Counted from the first letter of the stretch, positions 25,588 through 38,193 are shown. The stretch: 64,000 nt of DNA from Paraphysomonas bandaiensis (GCA_965644295.1 CBFFRP010000067.1:118700-182699), one strand, 5' to 3'. A program made the numbers and translations. Notes: generated from the letters alone by a model not told the origin.

Positions 25588-25984
25588 ATTGATAGTATAA
25601 ATTCTACAAGTTTAATAGAATGGAGTGGGTAGAGACAGTAATTTTAAAGGCTGTGCATAAACACACGCAAATGGTGTATAGAGTGCAAGGTATTGGTTTT
25701 TGCAAAAAAATCTAGTTTTGTGTATATTATATCCATAGTTTTGACCGACATTGTAGCTGAAAAAGCCCAACTAATATCAAAACCTACAATATATACAGTA
25801 CATTTTCTGTGTCCACTGCTTAATATATAGGTTTTCTAATTAAATTCTTTATGCGTTTTTTAATAGCGAAGGGACAGAGGGGGGAATACAGCATGCAAAG
25901 CTAGTACTCTTCTTGTTGGTATCTAGCTATCATCATGTTCATGCATATTCATCCTGTTAAAATCTCAATAGCACCTTGTTAATA

Positions 25985-27002
25985 ATGAATAGTTGGTTTC
26001 GAATAATAGTTTACACTGTATTAGTTTTGCTCAGTAAGGCTCAAATCAATGCGGTAACTAAACCAAGCCCAAAACAACCAAATGTAGTATACTTTAATAC
26101 AATTGATAGTTTTTATGAAAATTTGGATAAGATGTGGCTTCATCAAACATTGAATATGGACCCTGCGTCATTGGCTATTCATCGTGCTATGGGGAGCAAC
26201 TATTCAACTCTTCTGCATTTTGAACTTATTTCTGAGGGAGTGAAATCTTCTTATCCGTCATATTCTCCTCATGAGGCTTTTCATGTTTTGGATGCTGGGT
26301 GTGGCATGGGGGCGGGACTAGCTTGGAATTCCATACACAATCCGAATTGGAATCTACTGGGTCTCACACTCAGCTCTCGGCAATATAGTTTTATATCGCA
26401 AAATTTGACAAAGCGATATAATTTTAGTGTTACACTGCAATCGTATGATAAATTAACGATGCAGTATCATGCGATATATAGTGTTGAAGCTCTTGTTCAT
26501 TCTCCGAATTTAACTTACACAATGAAAGTATGGGCATCACATTTACACCCTGGTGGGGTAGTTGCACTCATCGATGATTACTTGTTATCTCCAGGTATAA
26601 TAAATCAACTTAGATGGGTATGTTAAAACTAAGTTTTTGTACGTAAGCGTATCATACGCACCCAGCAGTAGTACAGTTCCGCAAAGGGTGGTTTATATCT
26701 AGCCTGGTCGCCACTACTGAACTAATTCAGGTTCAACGTCCTAATAGTTTACCGTGTGTTTATTCTATTTTTTCTAGGCTGCAGCAGATGCTGGTCTGGT
26801 CGTTCGTGAGTTTCGTGATCTTAATCAAGTGTACAACATCAATAAGTATCAGTATAAAGGTTTTTCGAAAGGATATGATGTTTCTCATCACTACGGATGG
26901 ATTAATAATCAACACATGGCTCGTGTGGGGTCCATCGCACGTCGATGGCTGATGATAAACCACATGATAACGTACGGATTCTTTGTTCTTCAGAAACTAT
27001 AG
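25985..27002 (+). CDS. Signal-peptide/anchor class I SAM-dependent methyltransferase, 3 exons
   Basis: Hydrophobic N-terminus; VLDAGCGMG, GLTLS..Q, YSVEALVH, LHPGG. Confidence 0.8.
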
Positions 27003-27239
27003 ATGTGACAGTTGTTGTGCTCATGTGTGGAAAATATTGTACACTTAGCTGTAATCTTTTGCAATTATATATATCGGAGATATATGTTGGATGTTCACTG
27101 TATTTCGATAATAATCTTTATGCCTACTTACTATATGGGTCAGTGTACTCGTCGCAATAGGTAGGTGTATAGTTACATGGCTCCAAAATATAGTGTAGAA
27201 ATTTGTTTGGCATACATCGACAGCTGCGCTGACTACTAC

Positions 27240-27410
27240 CTGAGTGGTTGCACCTTGGTGCTTGCGGTGACGCACAAGCAGATTTCGTCTTTCGTAGAGC
27301 TAAACAGTGGGATATCAGAGTTAAGCACTAGTTAGTAGTTAGTTAAATTATTTTGCTACACGAGTTCTGACTCTTACACGCCTATTTCAAGTAATAAGAC
27401 ATTTACTACT
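27240..27410 (+). mobile_element. 5'-truncated SINE-like copy with variant 3' tail
   Basis: gtggttgcaccttggtgcttgcgg.gacgcacaagcag shared with about 28734-28772; the tail differs and ends in ACTACT. Confidence 0.65.
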
Positions 27411-27617
27411 GGTTTTAGAAGCCTACTAATAAAATAGATGTGTCAAACAGGGATAGGGAACAATATATTGTAAAATATATTGATTGGTGGACTGGTCAGA
27501 TATTCCATCAATATTGTTTCTGTTAAAGTAGCTCACAATATATTGTAATTAATATTATGATAGTCTTATACAGAAAGCTTCTTAACTGTTGGGTAAAAAA
27601 TATAAGTCCATGTATAT

Positions 27618-27750
27618 CAGGGCCTGATAACCATTAATGGCCCATTAATGGTTGTCCAGTTCCCGGCAATTATAATGGCATTAATTATAAATGTCCCGGC
27701 AATTGTAACGGCATTACCATTAATGGCCCATTAATGGTTACCGGGCCCTG
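27618..27750. mobile_element. hAT-type MITE copy 2
   Basis: TIR CAGGGCC..GGCCCTG, internal ATGGCCCATT motifs, perfect 8-bp TSD atgtatat. Confidence 0.92.
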
Positions 27751-27758
27751 ATGTATAT

Positions 27759-28395
27759 CATTCCATTGCAACTAGCAAACGCCTTCGGCCGTAGCATTTC
27801 CACCTCGCTACTCGACCATCAGTTCCACAAACTAGAAAAATCCGTCACCAAGATTCTGCTCCCTCTCTACAATGAAGGGACAAACATGCTCAAAAACATC
27901 ACAACATTGAGGTGACAACACTGACGCAACCCTCGACTCCTGCCAGCTTGCAACCACACCGCACACACACTGCCACCAACCCGACAATCCTCCAGCTACT
28001 TCAAGTAACATCCACCCCTAGAGCCACGCCCCCCACGCGTCCTCGCTCCCAACACAAGCATGCCAACCCGGTCCGGAAGAAAACGATCCTCACCACCGAA
28101 CGAATCCCCAACACGAAAGGAAATCCCAGACCCTCTGACACCGAATCACACTCACGAATCAGCACCGTACCCCCCATATCCCGGCTCACATGCGGCTCCG
28201 GACCGCCAGAAACATTACCCAAAGGAAGACCACCGGGCTAAGTCCAATACAAGGGATGGTTGCACCAAGGTGCTTGCAGCAATGCACAAGCAGTCCCGAG
28301 ACAACTGAGTATATATAGTAATCCGTGCTACTACTAGTCTAAAGTCGTAGATAGAGATAAATACAGCAGTTCTCGTATGTAATAATCAGATTTTT
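27759..28395 (+). mobile_element. Probable 5'-truncated non-LTR retrotransposon 3' end
   Basis: C/A-rich; begins inside an ORF (IPLQLANAFGRS...). Flanked by the duplication tataagtcca(tgtatat). Confidence 0.5.
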
Positions 28396-28406
28396 ATATA
28401 AGTCCA

Positions 28407-28915
28407 CCCTCAACAAAGTCGGACTCGCACCTTTTCGTGGCGTTCTGGGGGATAAGTACCGGAGAGATTCTCTCTGGGAAACTAACGTGAGCCGCAAACA
28501 TAGTCAGCAGATGTTGTTCTGCCCACTCATAGCCGAATGCTTGTGTGGTACAAGGGACACCAATAAGTGTCACTTGTGTAGACGTCTTTGGGCCTTGGCG
28601 AATAAACAGGCATCCGGAAATGGGTCCACCTCAAGGGCATCCGGGACAGGGTCCACCTGAAGGGTAACCGGGGTATTGGGCTGCCTGCTGAAGTCAAGCA
28701 TCCGGGATGTTCACCTTAAGAACTCAGAACGGAAGTGGTTGCACCTTGGTGCTTGCGGCGACGCACAAGCAGCTTTCGTAGCGTTAAATACTAGGATAAT
28801 AGAGTTTGTACTGATTAGTTACAGGTAGAGGTCTAACTAGTATGTCTAGCATTCATCTAGCTACTAAATCGGTGCAGGTTTTTAACGCCTATTGCTAAAT
28901 AAAAGACTTTCGATA
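28407..28915 (+). mobile_element. Full-length ~510-bp SINE-like non-coding retroposon (copy A)
   Basis: Dispersed repeat; 12-bp TSD tatataagtcca; 3' end AATAAAAGACTTTC plus TA. Confidence 0.85.
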
Positions 28916-29052
28916 TATATAAGTCCATGTATATAAATCTCCGTTCAGACAGTGATTATTGCAACAATACAGAGGATGACGAAGCTGAAGTTGGCTATAT
29001 GCGGAAAAAATTCTTCAATCAGCTCAAAACTTTAAAAACGGAAAGTTGAAAT

Positions 29053-29245
29053 AGCTAAGTACAGGTGCACAAGTCATGTAGTATGTACTTCCAATACATG
29101 TGAACTCCTGTTCTGCGCAACAAAACTGATTATATTAGTGGTGCGCAAATGTACGCATCCCACTACACTTAATATGTTGTTTTTGTAAGCTAACAGACAG
29201 TTTTGGCCAAATGCAAGCATATTTCAAATAATATTGGATGAATAT
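29053..29245 (+). pseudogene. hAT transposase C-terminal dimerisation-domain remnant
   Basis: KYRCTSHVVCTSNTCELLF...HPTTLNMLFL*ANRQFW resembles TSNxCERLFS..FLxxNxxW. Confidence 0.7.
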
Positions 29246-29831
29246 GGTGATGATGATGTCACCGATGATGGCTCAGAGGATGAGTTCAATTAGTTAAGTG
29301 TAGTGGGTTCCATTATCAAGTGACCTTCTTTGGCCTTACAAAGACAAGTACTAAAAACTACGGATGTGCTTACTTACTGATAAGTCATACTAATATATGG
29401 CAATATATTGTAATATATTGCAATTGTATTGTAGGGCCGGTTTAAAAACTCCATCAATACTATTGATGGAACGCTATCTAACAATAGCATTGCAATATAT
29501 TATTCCTTATCCCTGGTGTCAAGTCGAAAGGCAGCGTAACACATACAATAAATAACAACATCTACAGGCCACAGATACCACAACTTATTAGAATAATTAG
29601 TTGTAGACTCTTATTTCTAAGCAGTTTAGTCAACACCATAATAAAATACCATTGCAAATGGTACACTACATGGCGATGACAATACACAAAGTCGTAGTTA
29701 TGGTAGACGACACTTTATATTCGAAAATGCATACAAACTACATATATTAGTTATATTGTGTATATTTAAAGGGTATAAACTATTTATAAATGGTAACAAA
29801 TGCCTCTTAGTGCGCAAGAATCTGTGCGCGA

Positions 29832-30832
29832 TTAGTTCGTATTTTTCATACTAATTTTCGGAGTTGTTTCCACCGATCCCCACTCTGACCAGCTGCCATC
29901 GTACACAACTGACAGATCTTCGGGAACATTCGTCAGACGCCGCGCAAAGGCGAGCACAGCAGCTGTGACTCCAGACCCACAGGTGAAAATAACCTTTGCA
30001 CCACGCACAATGCCCCTGCCCTCGAAAATCCGAGATATCTCCTCGGGAGAACGGAAGAAGCACATATCACCCTCCTTTAAAACGAGTTGGAAAGGAAGAT
30101 TCAATGAACCAGGGATGTGACCACTTGCTACACCTGGCCGTGGCTCTGGTACAATGCCTATATTACAATGTGCAATGGTTAATACATTGAATAGGGTGCT
30201 GATATATATATCACAGTACCCGCAAATCTCTCCGCAGATCGCGCATCACATATTTGACACATTCCACTAGAAACTACAGAATTAACTTCAGACATATCAG
30301 CAACTAACTTCCTGTTAGCTTTCGGTATATCATACGAAGCCTTTTCTTGGGGTTCGAACTCTCCACTTTCAATCTCACCACCAGAGCTCTCCCAAGCCCC
30401 AAAACCTCCATCAAGTATCGACACACGCTGATGGTTGAAGAGTCGGAACATCCACCACACACGTGCAGAACTAAAACAATTGTTTTTCGTATATATAACC
30501 ACATGAGATTCCGGAGATATACCTAATTCGCCAACTTTCTGAGCAAAGACATCTGCAGATGGTAACATATGAGGCAGATGGGATGTTGCATCACATATAT
30601 CATCAATATCAAAAAATGTAGATCCAGGAAGTCTAGAATTAATAAAATCACTTTGTCTTGTTTCATTTTTTGTCTTATCTAGATACCAAGAAGCGTCTAT
30701 TGGTTTGATATTACTGCCCTGCATTATCATATCTTGTAAAGTAGAGACATTGATGAGTGATGGAGGTGGTCGTGTTGTTGACATTCTCATTACACGTAAG
30801 CAGATACTTTGGATTCGATTGGAAGTGAACAT
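29832..30832 (-). CDS. MPST: 3-mercaptopyruvate sulfurtransferase (tandem rhodanese), 2 exons
   Basis: DASWY, LPHMLPS, ARVWW, DARSAERF, active site CGSGVTA, YDGSWSEW. Basic N-terminus resembles a mitochondrial presequence. Confidence 0.92.
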
Positions 30833-30985
30833 TAGTGTTTGTTGGAGTGATTTCTATATATGTATATGTATATATATGATCATTGTGCATATATATGCGT
30901 GTATATGTGTATACACTATGCCTCCATACGTGCATACAGCAGTACATAGATATATATAATGAGTGTACAACAGGGGGTGGTTGTG

Positions 30986-31131
30986 CATATCGATTTCATC
31001 GATTTGTTCATCGTTTATTTCATCGAAAAATCATCGTTTTTTCAGTAAAAAGTGAAAAAAAGTTACTTTTAATGAAAAAACGATGATTTTTCGATGAAAT
31101 AAACGATGAACAAATCGATGAAATCGATATG
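30986..31131. repeat. Palindrome with perfect 59-bp arms (MITE-like)
   Basis: 30986-31044 is the exact reverse complement of 31073-31131; reiterated TCATCG. Confidence 0.95.
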
Positions 31132-32092
31132 AGTGTAGCACAATCTGCTGTATACACATATGCTATACACGGTATTCCATATCTAATGCATGTCCAGATT
31201 AGTACACTGATTTATGTGGTATGAGGGATAGCATGCAGCATGATTATGCATATCTATCATCATCATGCAGGCAGCTATAGTGTATGGTGTAAACAGATAG
31301 CAGCTATTCATCTCCACAACATCGACTATAACGATGAAACTGCATATTACGAGGAAGAAGTAGACGGAGTACATACACTCTCCACCTATCATGCAATGTT
31401 GAGAAGATGATCAAGTGTGCCACTAGAATACATGTGTACACTGTTAGAGTTGCACATATATAGTGACACATCAGTAACTAAATAGCCCTTTAAAACTATA
31501 ATCACCCGTTACACCAATGAGTTGATTTCACTTATTGCACACTATCTCACTACAATTGCACACTTATATCGCATCATACTGCAGAACTCAACATACATAT
31601 GTATGTGTGTGTTTACTATACAACAGCAGATAGTTTTATATCTTTACTGGTTGACATGTAGTATGATAAAGAGATATCTCAAAGGGAGACAGATATGTGT
31701 ATGCTTTTCTCCCCATTAGTGGATGAAATAGTAAAGTGGATTTGCTATGTGCTTATCCTGCAAGTGAAGGGACCATTCGATTATTTATGGAATGAGGTTG
31801 TACACTTCAACTCAATGTATTCAAACAATGATACCATAGTGACTATATAACAGTGCTAGTATAAACTTAGTTTCCATAAATGATTGTAGCTTCCATAAAT
31901 GAATAATAAAATATCATTGGAGGTCTGTCGACAATATTACACAAATATATATTGCCATCGATGGCGGGAGAAATTAAATATATAATTAATAGAAGCTTCG
32001 CTATGCATATTTTTTAAGCTCAAGTAAGTTACTAGGAGGAGTGATGAATGGATATCATTGTGATATAACTATCAACCTAGGAACTTGGTATG

Positions 32093-32218
32093 TATTAGGA
32101 TTCATCTTAATATAGTAAGATAGTATATGTGAGTTATGATGTAAGATAGTATATGTGAGTTATGATGTTAATTGAATATATCATGAACTGAAATAGAGAA
32201 AGTATCTGTTGAAGATAC
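32093..32218 (+). mobile_element. Degenerate partial LTR related to the intact Copia
   Basis: tattaggattca.cttaata...catgaactgaa.tagaga.agtatctgt.gaagatac, with an internal ~26-bp tandem duplication. Confidence 0.75.
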
Positions 32219-32503
32219 TCATTAGAAACTACAAGCTAATTTAAACAGACACTGGTTTATGTGCTTGCTCATGATTAGAACTATTATTAAGCTTGACAAA
32301 TCATATGTAACGAACAACTACGAGCTAATTACATCTGCAGGGCACCCATAATTAATACGAATATACTTTGAAGCACCACAATTTAAACTTATTTCCGTAA
32401 TTCGCTGTATTGCAGTAATGTTATATCAAAATCCTCTGACCACATTTCCTCAAAAACAGCATTCCCTGGTGCAAACAGTCATTGCTCTATAAACGTCAGC
32501 ACT

Positions 32504-35016
32504 TTATCTCATTTCGAGCGCTGGTGGATATTCGGGCTGCCTCTGACTCTCCACAGGGGAATACCCATTGAAGTAGGCTTGGACACGATTAATACAGTTA
32601 CCACAAAAGGAATCACTCCGTTCCGCAGCCCGACATGCAACCATGCCTATCGAACACGCCAGCGCAACAACCAAAAGCACCGACACCACCGTTACTATGA
32701 TCATTCCAGAAGTCCAGTACACCTCCTCTGAAGGAGGTTTCTGACAACTGGCCACAATTTCTTCCTTTAAAGAATTATAATTGTTTTCCCATTCATCTTT
32801 AGAAGGAAGCCATCCACGAGCTACAGCCTAGACAATAGGATTGAATATACAATAATTAAGGATACGACGTATATATATTTCTTGTCATGCACACTTTCGT
32901 AATGATGAGGTGTGCTCTTACCTTCTGAAAGCTCCATCGATCTTCTAACTCAGTTCGAAAATTCCAAAAGAACTGTCCATGAGAGGCAAGATCAAACAGA
33001 TTTAATTTGGCCATTGCTAGGTTGTGCATGATCTATACAACAGAACGGTTAGCAGAAGTATAGGTTGCCGGGCTGATCAGCACCTCGTCTTCATTAGAGT
33101 AATACTGGTCGATGGGGCACATACCATGATCTGGGGTTGAGTCACCTGCACATGTATTATTATAGAACCTTACAACGCAACAGAACAGTTCTCCAAAACC
33201 ATAGAAGCGAGCAATAAACAACACAATAGCTGTAAATCTCGTACACAAAGGGAATACCTGTTCCGAAAGGGCCTTGCTTCCCCTTAGAGGGGTCAGGGGG
33301 GGCACCAGGTTGTCCCATGTATGGTTCCGGACACGCCACCATCTCACACTCTACCTTTGGATAGCCGTCCAGATTGTCGTTGAAACCATTCAACCACATG
33401 GCACAATTGTCCTGATAACGCGGTCAGAATATACAGAACACAATCCAATGACAGCATTCTGAATTATAGGCTCACCGTTGCTAGTGACCACTCTCCAACA
33501 ACGACAGGAATGCCTTTTTGCTCCAATTCACGAACGGCACCGTTGTCAGTGCAAGCGTGCTCAATAAACCACGAAGGGTCGGCTTTCCAAGCCCAGGCCT
33601 ATGCATGATATTAAAACTCGCCACCCAAGGTTGCGTAGTAAAAAACACATTCGTGAGTCAGGTATTAGTACCTGGTATATGTGCGTATCAATGCCAAAGT
33701 TAGGACACCCTTTCAAGAAATCTCCCCTACATAATAAACAATATTCGTTGAGTTACATACAAAGCAGAGTGAGAATACATTGAAAATATACTACGCTATT
33801 GCGGGTAGGTCAAAAAACAGAAAAATCTGCTCACCATGTCTCCACGTTAAGTCTGAAGCTGTCATGGAAAAGAGTGATCCAGTGTGGAGCATCCTCTTGC
33901 ACGATTTGGTAGGCATGCCAATACCATTCCTTAAGAAGGTCGATGGGAGTGTGCTCCCAAGGTTCATTTACTGCAATAAATAATAAGCCACATGAAAGAA
34001 CTATCAAGCAGTAAACAGTCCTGTCAAGCCTACTCTACATATAATGTTCGCACACATCTATAAATACTAGAGATATCTAGTTGCAAGTAAGCAGCACGGC
34101 AAGAGGGTCACCTGGCTCAACGCCTACAACTGTAGGCTCATGCTTGTACATTTGTACAATATTTTTGATAACTCTGAGGCCATGAAGAAGGTTATCTCGG
34201 TCAATATCAGTGTACGACTGAGTAGTACGATTAAAATGTCCAACCCAATCTCCGCTTCGAAGATCCCAGTGTTCAAATGAGTTATCCTCATGCCAAACTA
34301 GGTCGACGGTTTCGCCGGAGTTATCAAGCCCATTTTGGGAATCCTTCATTGCGTGAACATCAATGAGCACTCCCATTTTGTATTTTTTACACAAAGCTAT
34401 GACACGGTCGATTTCATCCAGAGAGCCCTCCCAGCAGTCAGGATAAGGCTCGTAGGGTTCGTACATCCAGTCACCTACAGGAATTCGGAGAGTCGTTGCT
34501 CCTGCATAAAAGAACAAAGTACATTCAAACAGGGCCACGAAGATATATACATATACAGTGCAGAAATAATTTCATCACGAATTATAATTTTATATATACC
34601 ACCTGAGTCATGAAGGTTCTTGATGATATCCTCTGTCACCCATGACTGCCAGTGCCTTCGTAGCTGTTTATTTGCTTCTTCTGGACCAAGTGCTTCACAG
34701 AAACTCATACTATCCATTCCAACTTTATCTTTCTACAGGCCAAATTAGTGATTACTGGAGTTTATGTAATGAATCAGTACCTCTGATGCTCCCAAAAACT
34801 GATAAAATAGAGATGGTGTAATCCACGGCTGTCGGAAGACAATTACATGCATAAATATGCTTATAATATAAATACCTCAAGTACCATCCATCCACCAAGT
34901 GCTGTACCACGAAAATGGAAATCATTTGAACCAGTGTGCTTACAAGTGTATTTGTTTTTATGCGCATTGACTGTTAGCACATACAAACCTGTAATTATGA
35001 TAGAAAAAATATGCAT
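32504..35016 (-). CDS. GH5 exo-1,3-beta-glucanase, signal peptide plus C-terminal TM anchor, multi-exon
   Basis: LGGWMVLE|PWITPSLF, HWQSWVTE, LRIPVGDW, IDVHA..SQNGLDNSG, spliced EPVNEPW, GEWS. Confidence 0.92.
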
Positions 35017-36254
35017 TTTAAACAACAGTTATGCTTAGATTTGCATAAATATAATCAATGGTTAACGATATGCCGATCTAGGCAATATTTAATGCAAACT
35101 CATCCAGTGCAGTTAAAGAGGGCCAACCAGGAGATCTTCTGCCTTGCTATGTACGCATATACCATATATATATATATATGTACGTACTCTATACGTGTGT
35201 ACGTGTGTGCTGTAGACCATTGTACAGCAATGTCATGTAGTCCATGTATTCCGTGATATACGTATGTATATAGTAGAGAGAATATCACCACATTCCCTCT
35301 TTGAAAAAACAAGTACAGTATACCGGGTATACTGTTGTGTATTACAGATATCGTATACCATAATATACCATACTATACAGTCATATACAGTGTTTAGTCG
35401 TTAGGAGCAGCAGAGTATTACAGTTACACATGCATACATTGCAATGTTGTGGATGCATTTGCTCTCCATGAGACTTAACCCTTTCAACAATATATTAGTG
35501 TGTATTGAAGTCAGAAAACGTCGGCACAAACGCTATAATTCTATCTATAATCCATGTCAGAACAAGCAGGTCCAGAGAATACTGTTGGTGGGTCCTCGAA
35601 GTATGCGAAGGTTTGACATGTATTACCACAACACTGTAGCATACAGTAATTGCTTTTTTATAAGGCTTTCACTGTACCACCCGAATTTCCTGAATCTCTT
35701 AGAACTCTTGTTCGTGAAATATTACGGAATCAGCCCCAAAGTGCACTTGATATTCATAAATTCGGTATAATAATTTCGTAAAATCCGTCGTGGTTTTTTA
35801 ATAATTTGTCGCAGCTTTAGAACACTTTACGCAACAGCTTAACGAAAGGGCATATGCAGAGGCTGTTGGTGAAGATAATTAATCTAAATTTGGAAGGGCG
35901 TATGGTCATCTGTTACCTGTTTCACTGTTTATAATATTACTTCCAAGTGTTGTAGTTGTTTTAAGAGATAATCAAACTTTCCCTGTGGTTAATCTTCTTC
36001 ACCCGATGTGTTAGGATATATGACGGCGAGTAAATTTTTTTCAAGGCGATTCTGCTGTGAAACAAACCATTTTCATAGGGTAAACGCATACAAATGCATA
36101 CACAAACAGTACTTATAAATAAAATGAACAATTTACAAAGTAGTCTATACTTGATTGACAATGACGGTATTTTTAAATACTGCCAAATATTCCAATTTCT
36201 GATTGAGATCAGGATAACGTTGGGCAATATTACACTCAGCTAATAGGATTGTTC

Positions 36255-36825
36255 TATATTGAAAGTTTTATTAGTAGCAATAGGTGTTAAGAATCAGTAC
36301 CAGTTTAGAAGCTAGAAGTAAACTAGCCACGTCAGATAGACGTCTACCTGTAGCTTACTAGTACAAACTCTATTATCCTACTATTTAACGCTACGGAGGC
36401 TGCTTGTGCGTCGCCGAAAGTACTAAGGCGCAACCACCTCCGCTCTATCGCTCAAAGCAAACGCCGTGAGCAAGCAAAATGTTGATATACCTGACATCTG
36501 CTGACTTCAGTTTTGAGTTCTTAAGGTAAATATCCTGGATGCTTGACTTCAGTTGGCAGCCTAAAACCCCGGTTACCCTTCAGGTAGGCCCATTTCCGGA
36601 TGCCTGTTTATTGTTTATTCGTCAAGGCTCAAAGTCGTCTACACAAGCCAGTGACACTTATTATGGTGTCCAGTGTCCATTGTACCACGCAAGCATTCGG
36701 CTATGAGTGGGTAGGACGTTATCTGGTGACTATGTTTGCGGCTCACGTTAGTTTCCCGAATAAATCTCTCTGGTATTTATCCCCCAGAACACCACGAAAA
36801 GGTGAGAGTCTGACTTTGTTGAGGG
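36255..36825 (-). mobile_element. SINE-like copy B (full length, with internal insertion)
   Basis: Reverse complement of 28407-28915 from head to tail. Confidence 0.85.
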
Positions 36826-38193
36826 TACGATGTTAGAGAAGTTGTTGTTCATGGTATATTCTAAGTGCTATTTCGGTGGAGCACAAGACAGGATATACGT
36901 TTTCATAAGACAGGTCATAGGCGGATGCAGCAGTGGTCACTCCATTTTTTGCTTTTGTGTGAATACTACCTTTGCATCGCATACATATTCTTTCTCATTA
37001 GTAAATTATAAATTACATGGAATTATATTTAGTCGTTTGCTAGTTATGAGGTTTGAGCAGTTAAAACCCACTCCAGCAGTTGAGTATAATGAATATTAAA
37101 GATTAGGGATGATAGGTATATTACAAGACCGAATAGTCGAATTCAGCTGGTGCTAGAAGGAGTGTTTCGTTGATTAAAAACATGTGCTATTTGTTTAAAA
37201 TATTGGTATTTTGACCATTAATCTCCTTCGAGCATTGCTACTTGGGATGCAAGTGTAAACGACTTCAAAATGAAATAATGTTGCGGATAGCATTTTGATA
37301 AAGTGTAACTAACTATTCGGTTATTTTTATGAATAATGAGTTGCAGAGGGAAAAGGGCAGCCAATTCGGGAGGCTCGGAAGGAAGTCAGCGACTAGTACT
37401 CCAAGAAAATAGTTTGAACGCAACAGGACATCTCATATCCGAGAATCTGTATGTCTGAGATTTCGATGGACGTATTTCTTTAACTCCTAAAGCAGACAAA
37501 TTAGAGAAGATATGATGATAGATCAGTGCCATCAGTGAATGTCTTGTTAAGATCCAAGGCTAAGGAAATCATCTATCAGATTCAGAGAGTATCCCACATT
37601 ACAATGTCATTACAGGGACAGTTAGAGACACCACACATGATATTTTAAAAGCCATTATTATCTCTCTTACAAACCTTAAAAGGTTAAAGTGGATGAAGTG
37701 AAGGAGTTTAGTGGGGTGGACGAGGTCATATACATTTAACCATCTAAGTGTGGATACGATTATACGATTATATGGTGAGTGGTGCGTGTATATCAACTAG
37801 AAAAGTGGATTGGGCTTTGTAAAATGTAACAAGAGTGCTATCTTATCATTGTTACTCAGCTATCCACCTCAGGATTCACTGCGTGTGAATTGTATGCACA
37901 AGATCCTCGTCTGCAGCAAATATCTGGATATGGAACAGATGCACATGCTGCACTCTTGAGGAAATTTAGACCCTACTGTACAAATACATCCGTTTTTTGC
38001 CTCAAACACTGAATATCCTCATTTTATATCCCTGTTTTCGTGTGTTTTTGGCCAGAAACTGTGTGAATGTACACCTCCAGCACATGCATGTACTTCCAGC
38101 AACTCTATCTGACTGTAGGTGGAGTGGAGGCAGCGGGAACTATCAAACCAGTTCCAACTCGTCGGATGTTATCTCACTAGATTTCTATCAATA

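Larger units (their letters stand above)
27448..29515 (+). mobile_element. Internally deleted hAT DNA transposon carrying nested insertions
   Basis: 23-bp imperfect TIR CAGGGATA(G/A)GGAA(C/T)AATATATTG; 8-bp TSD gtgtcaaa/gtgtcaag; transposase C-terminal remnant. Confidence 0.85.

Noticed and set aside
28407-28915. Hammerhead ribozyme or tRNA-derived head
   Set aside because: No CTGAnGA..GAAA core and no A/B boxes found by eye on either strand.
4244-30832. Cysteine-catabolism cluster (CDO plus MPST)
   Set aside because: About 25 kb apart with unrelated genes between them.
36600-36836. Short ORFs in SINE copies (also 63514-63717)
   Set aside because: Frames are not conserved between copies.
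35400-38000. Possible decayed transposase or gene fragments
   Set aside because: Only short broken frames; no motif I can support.
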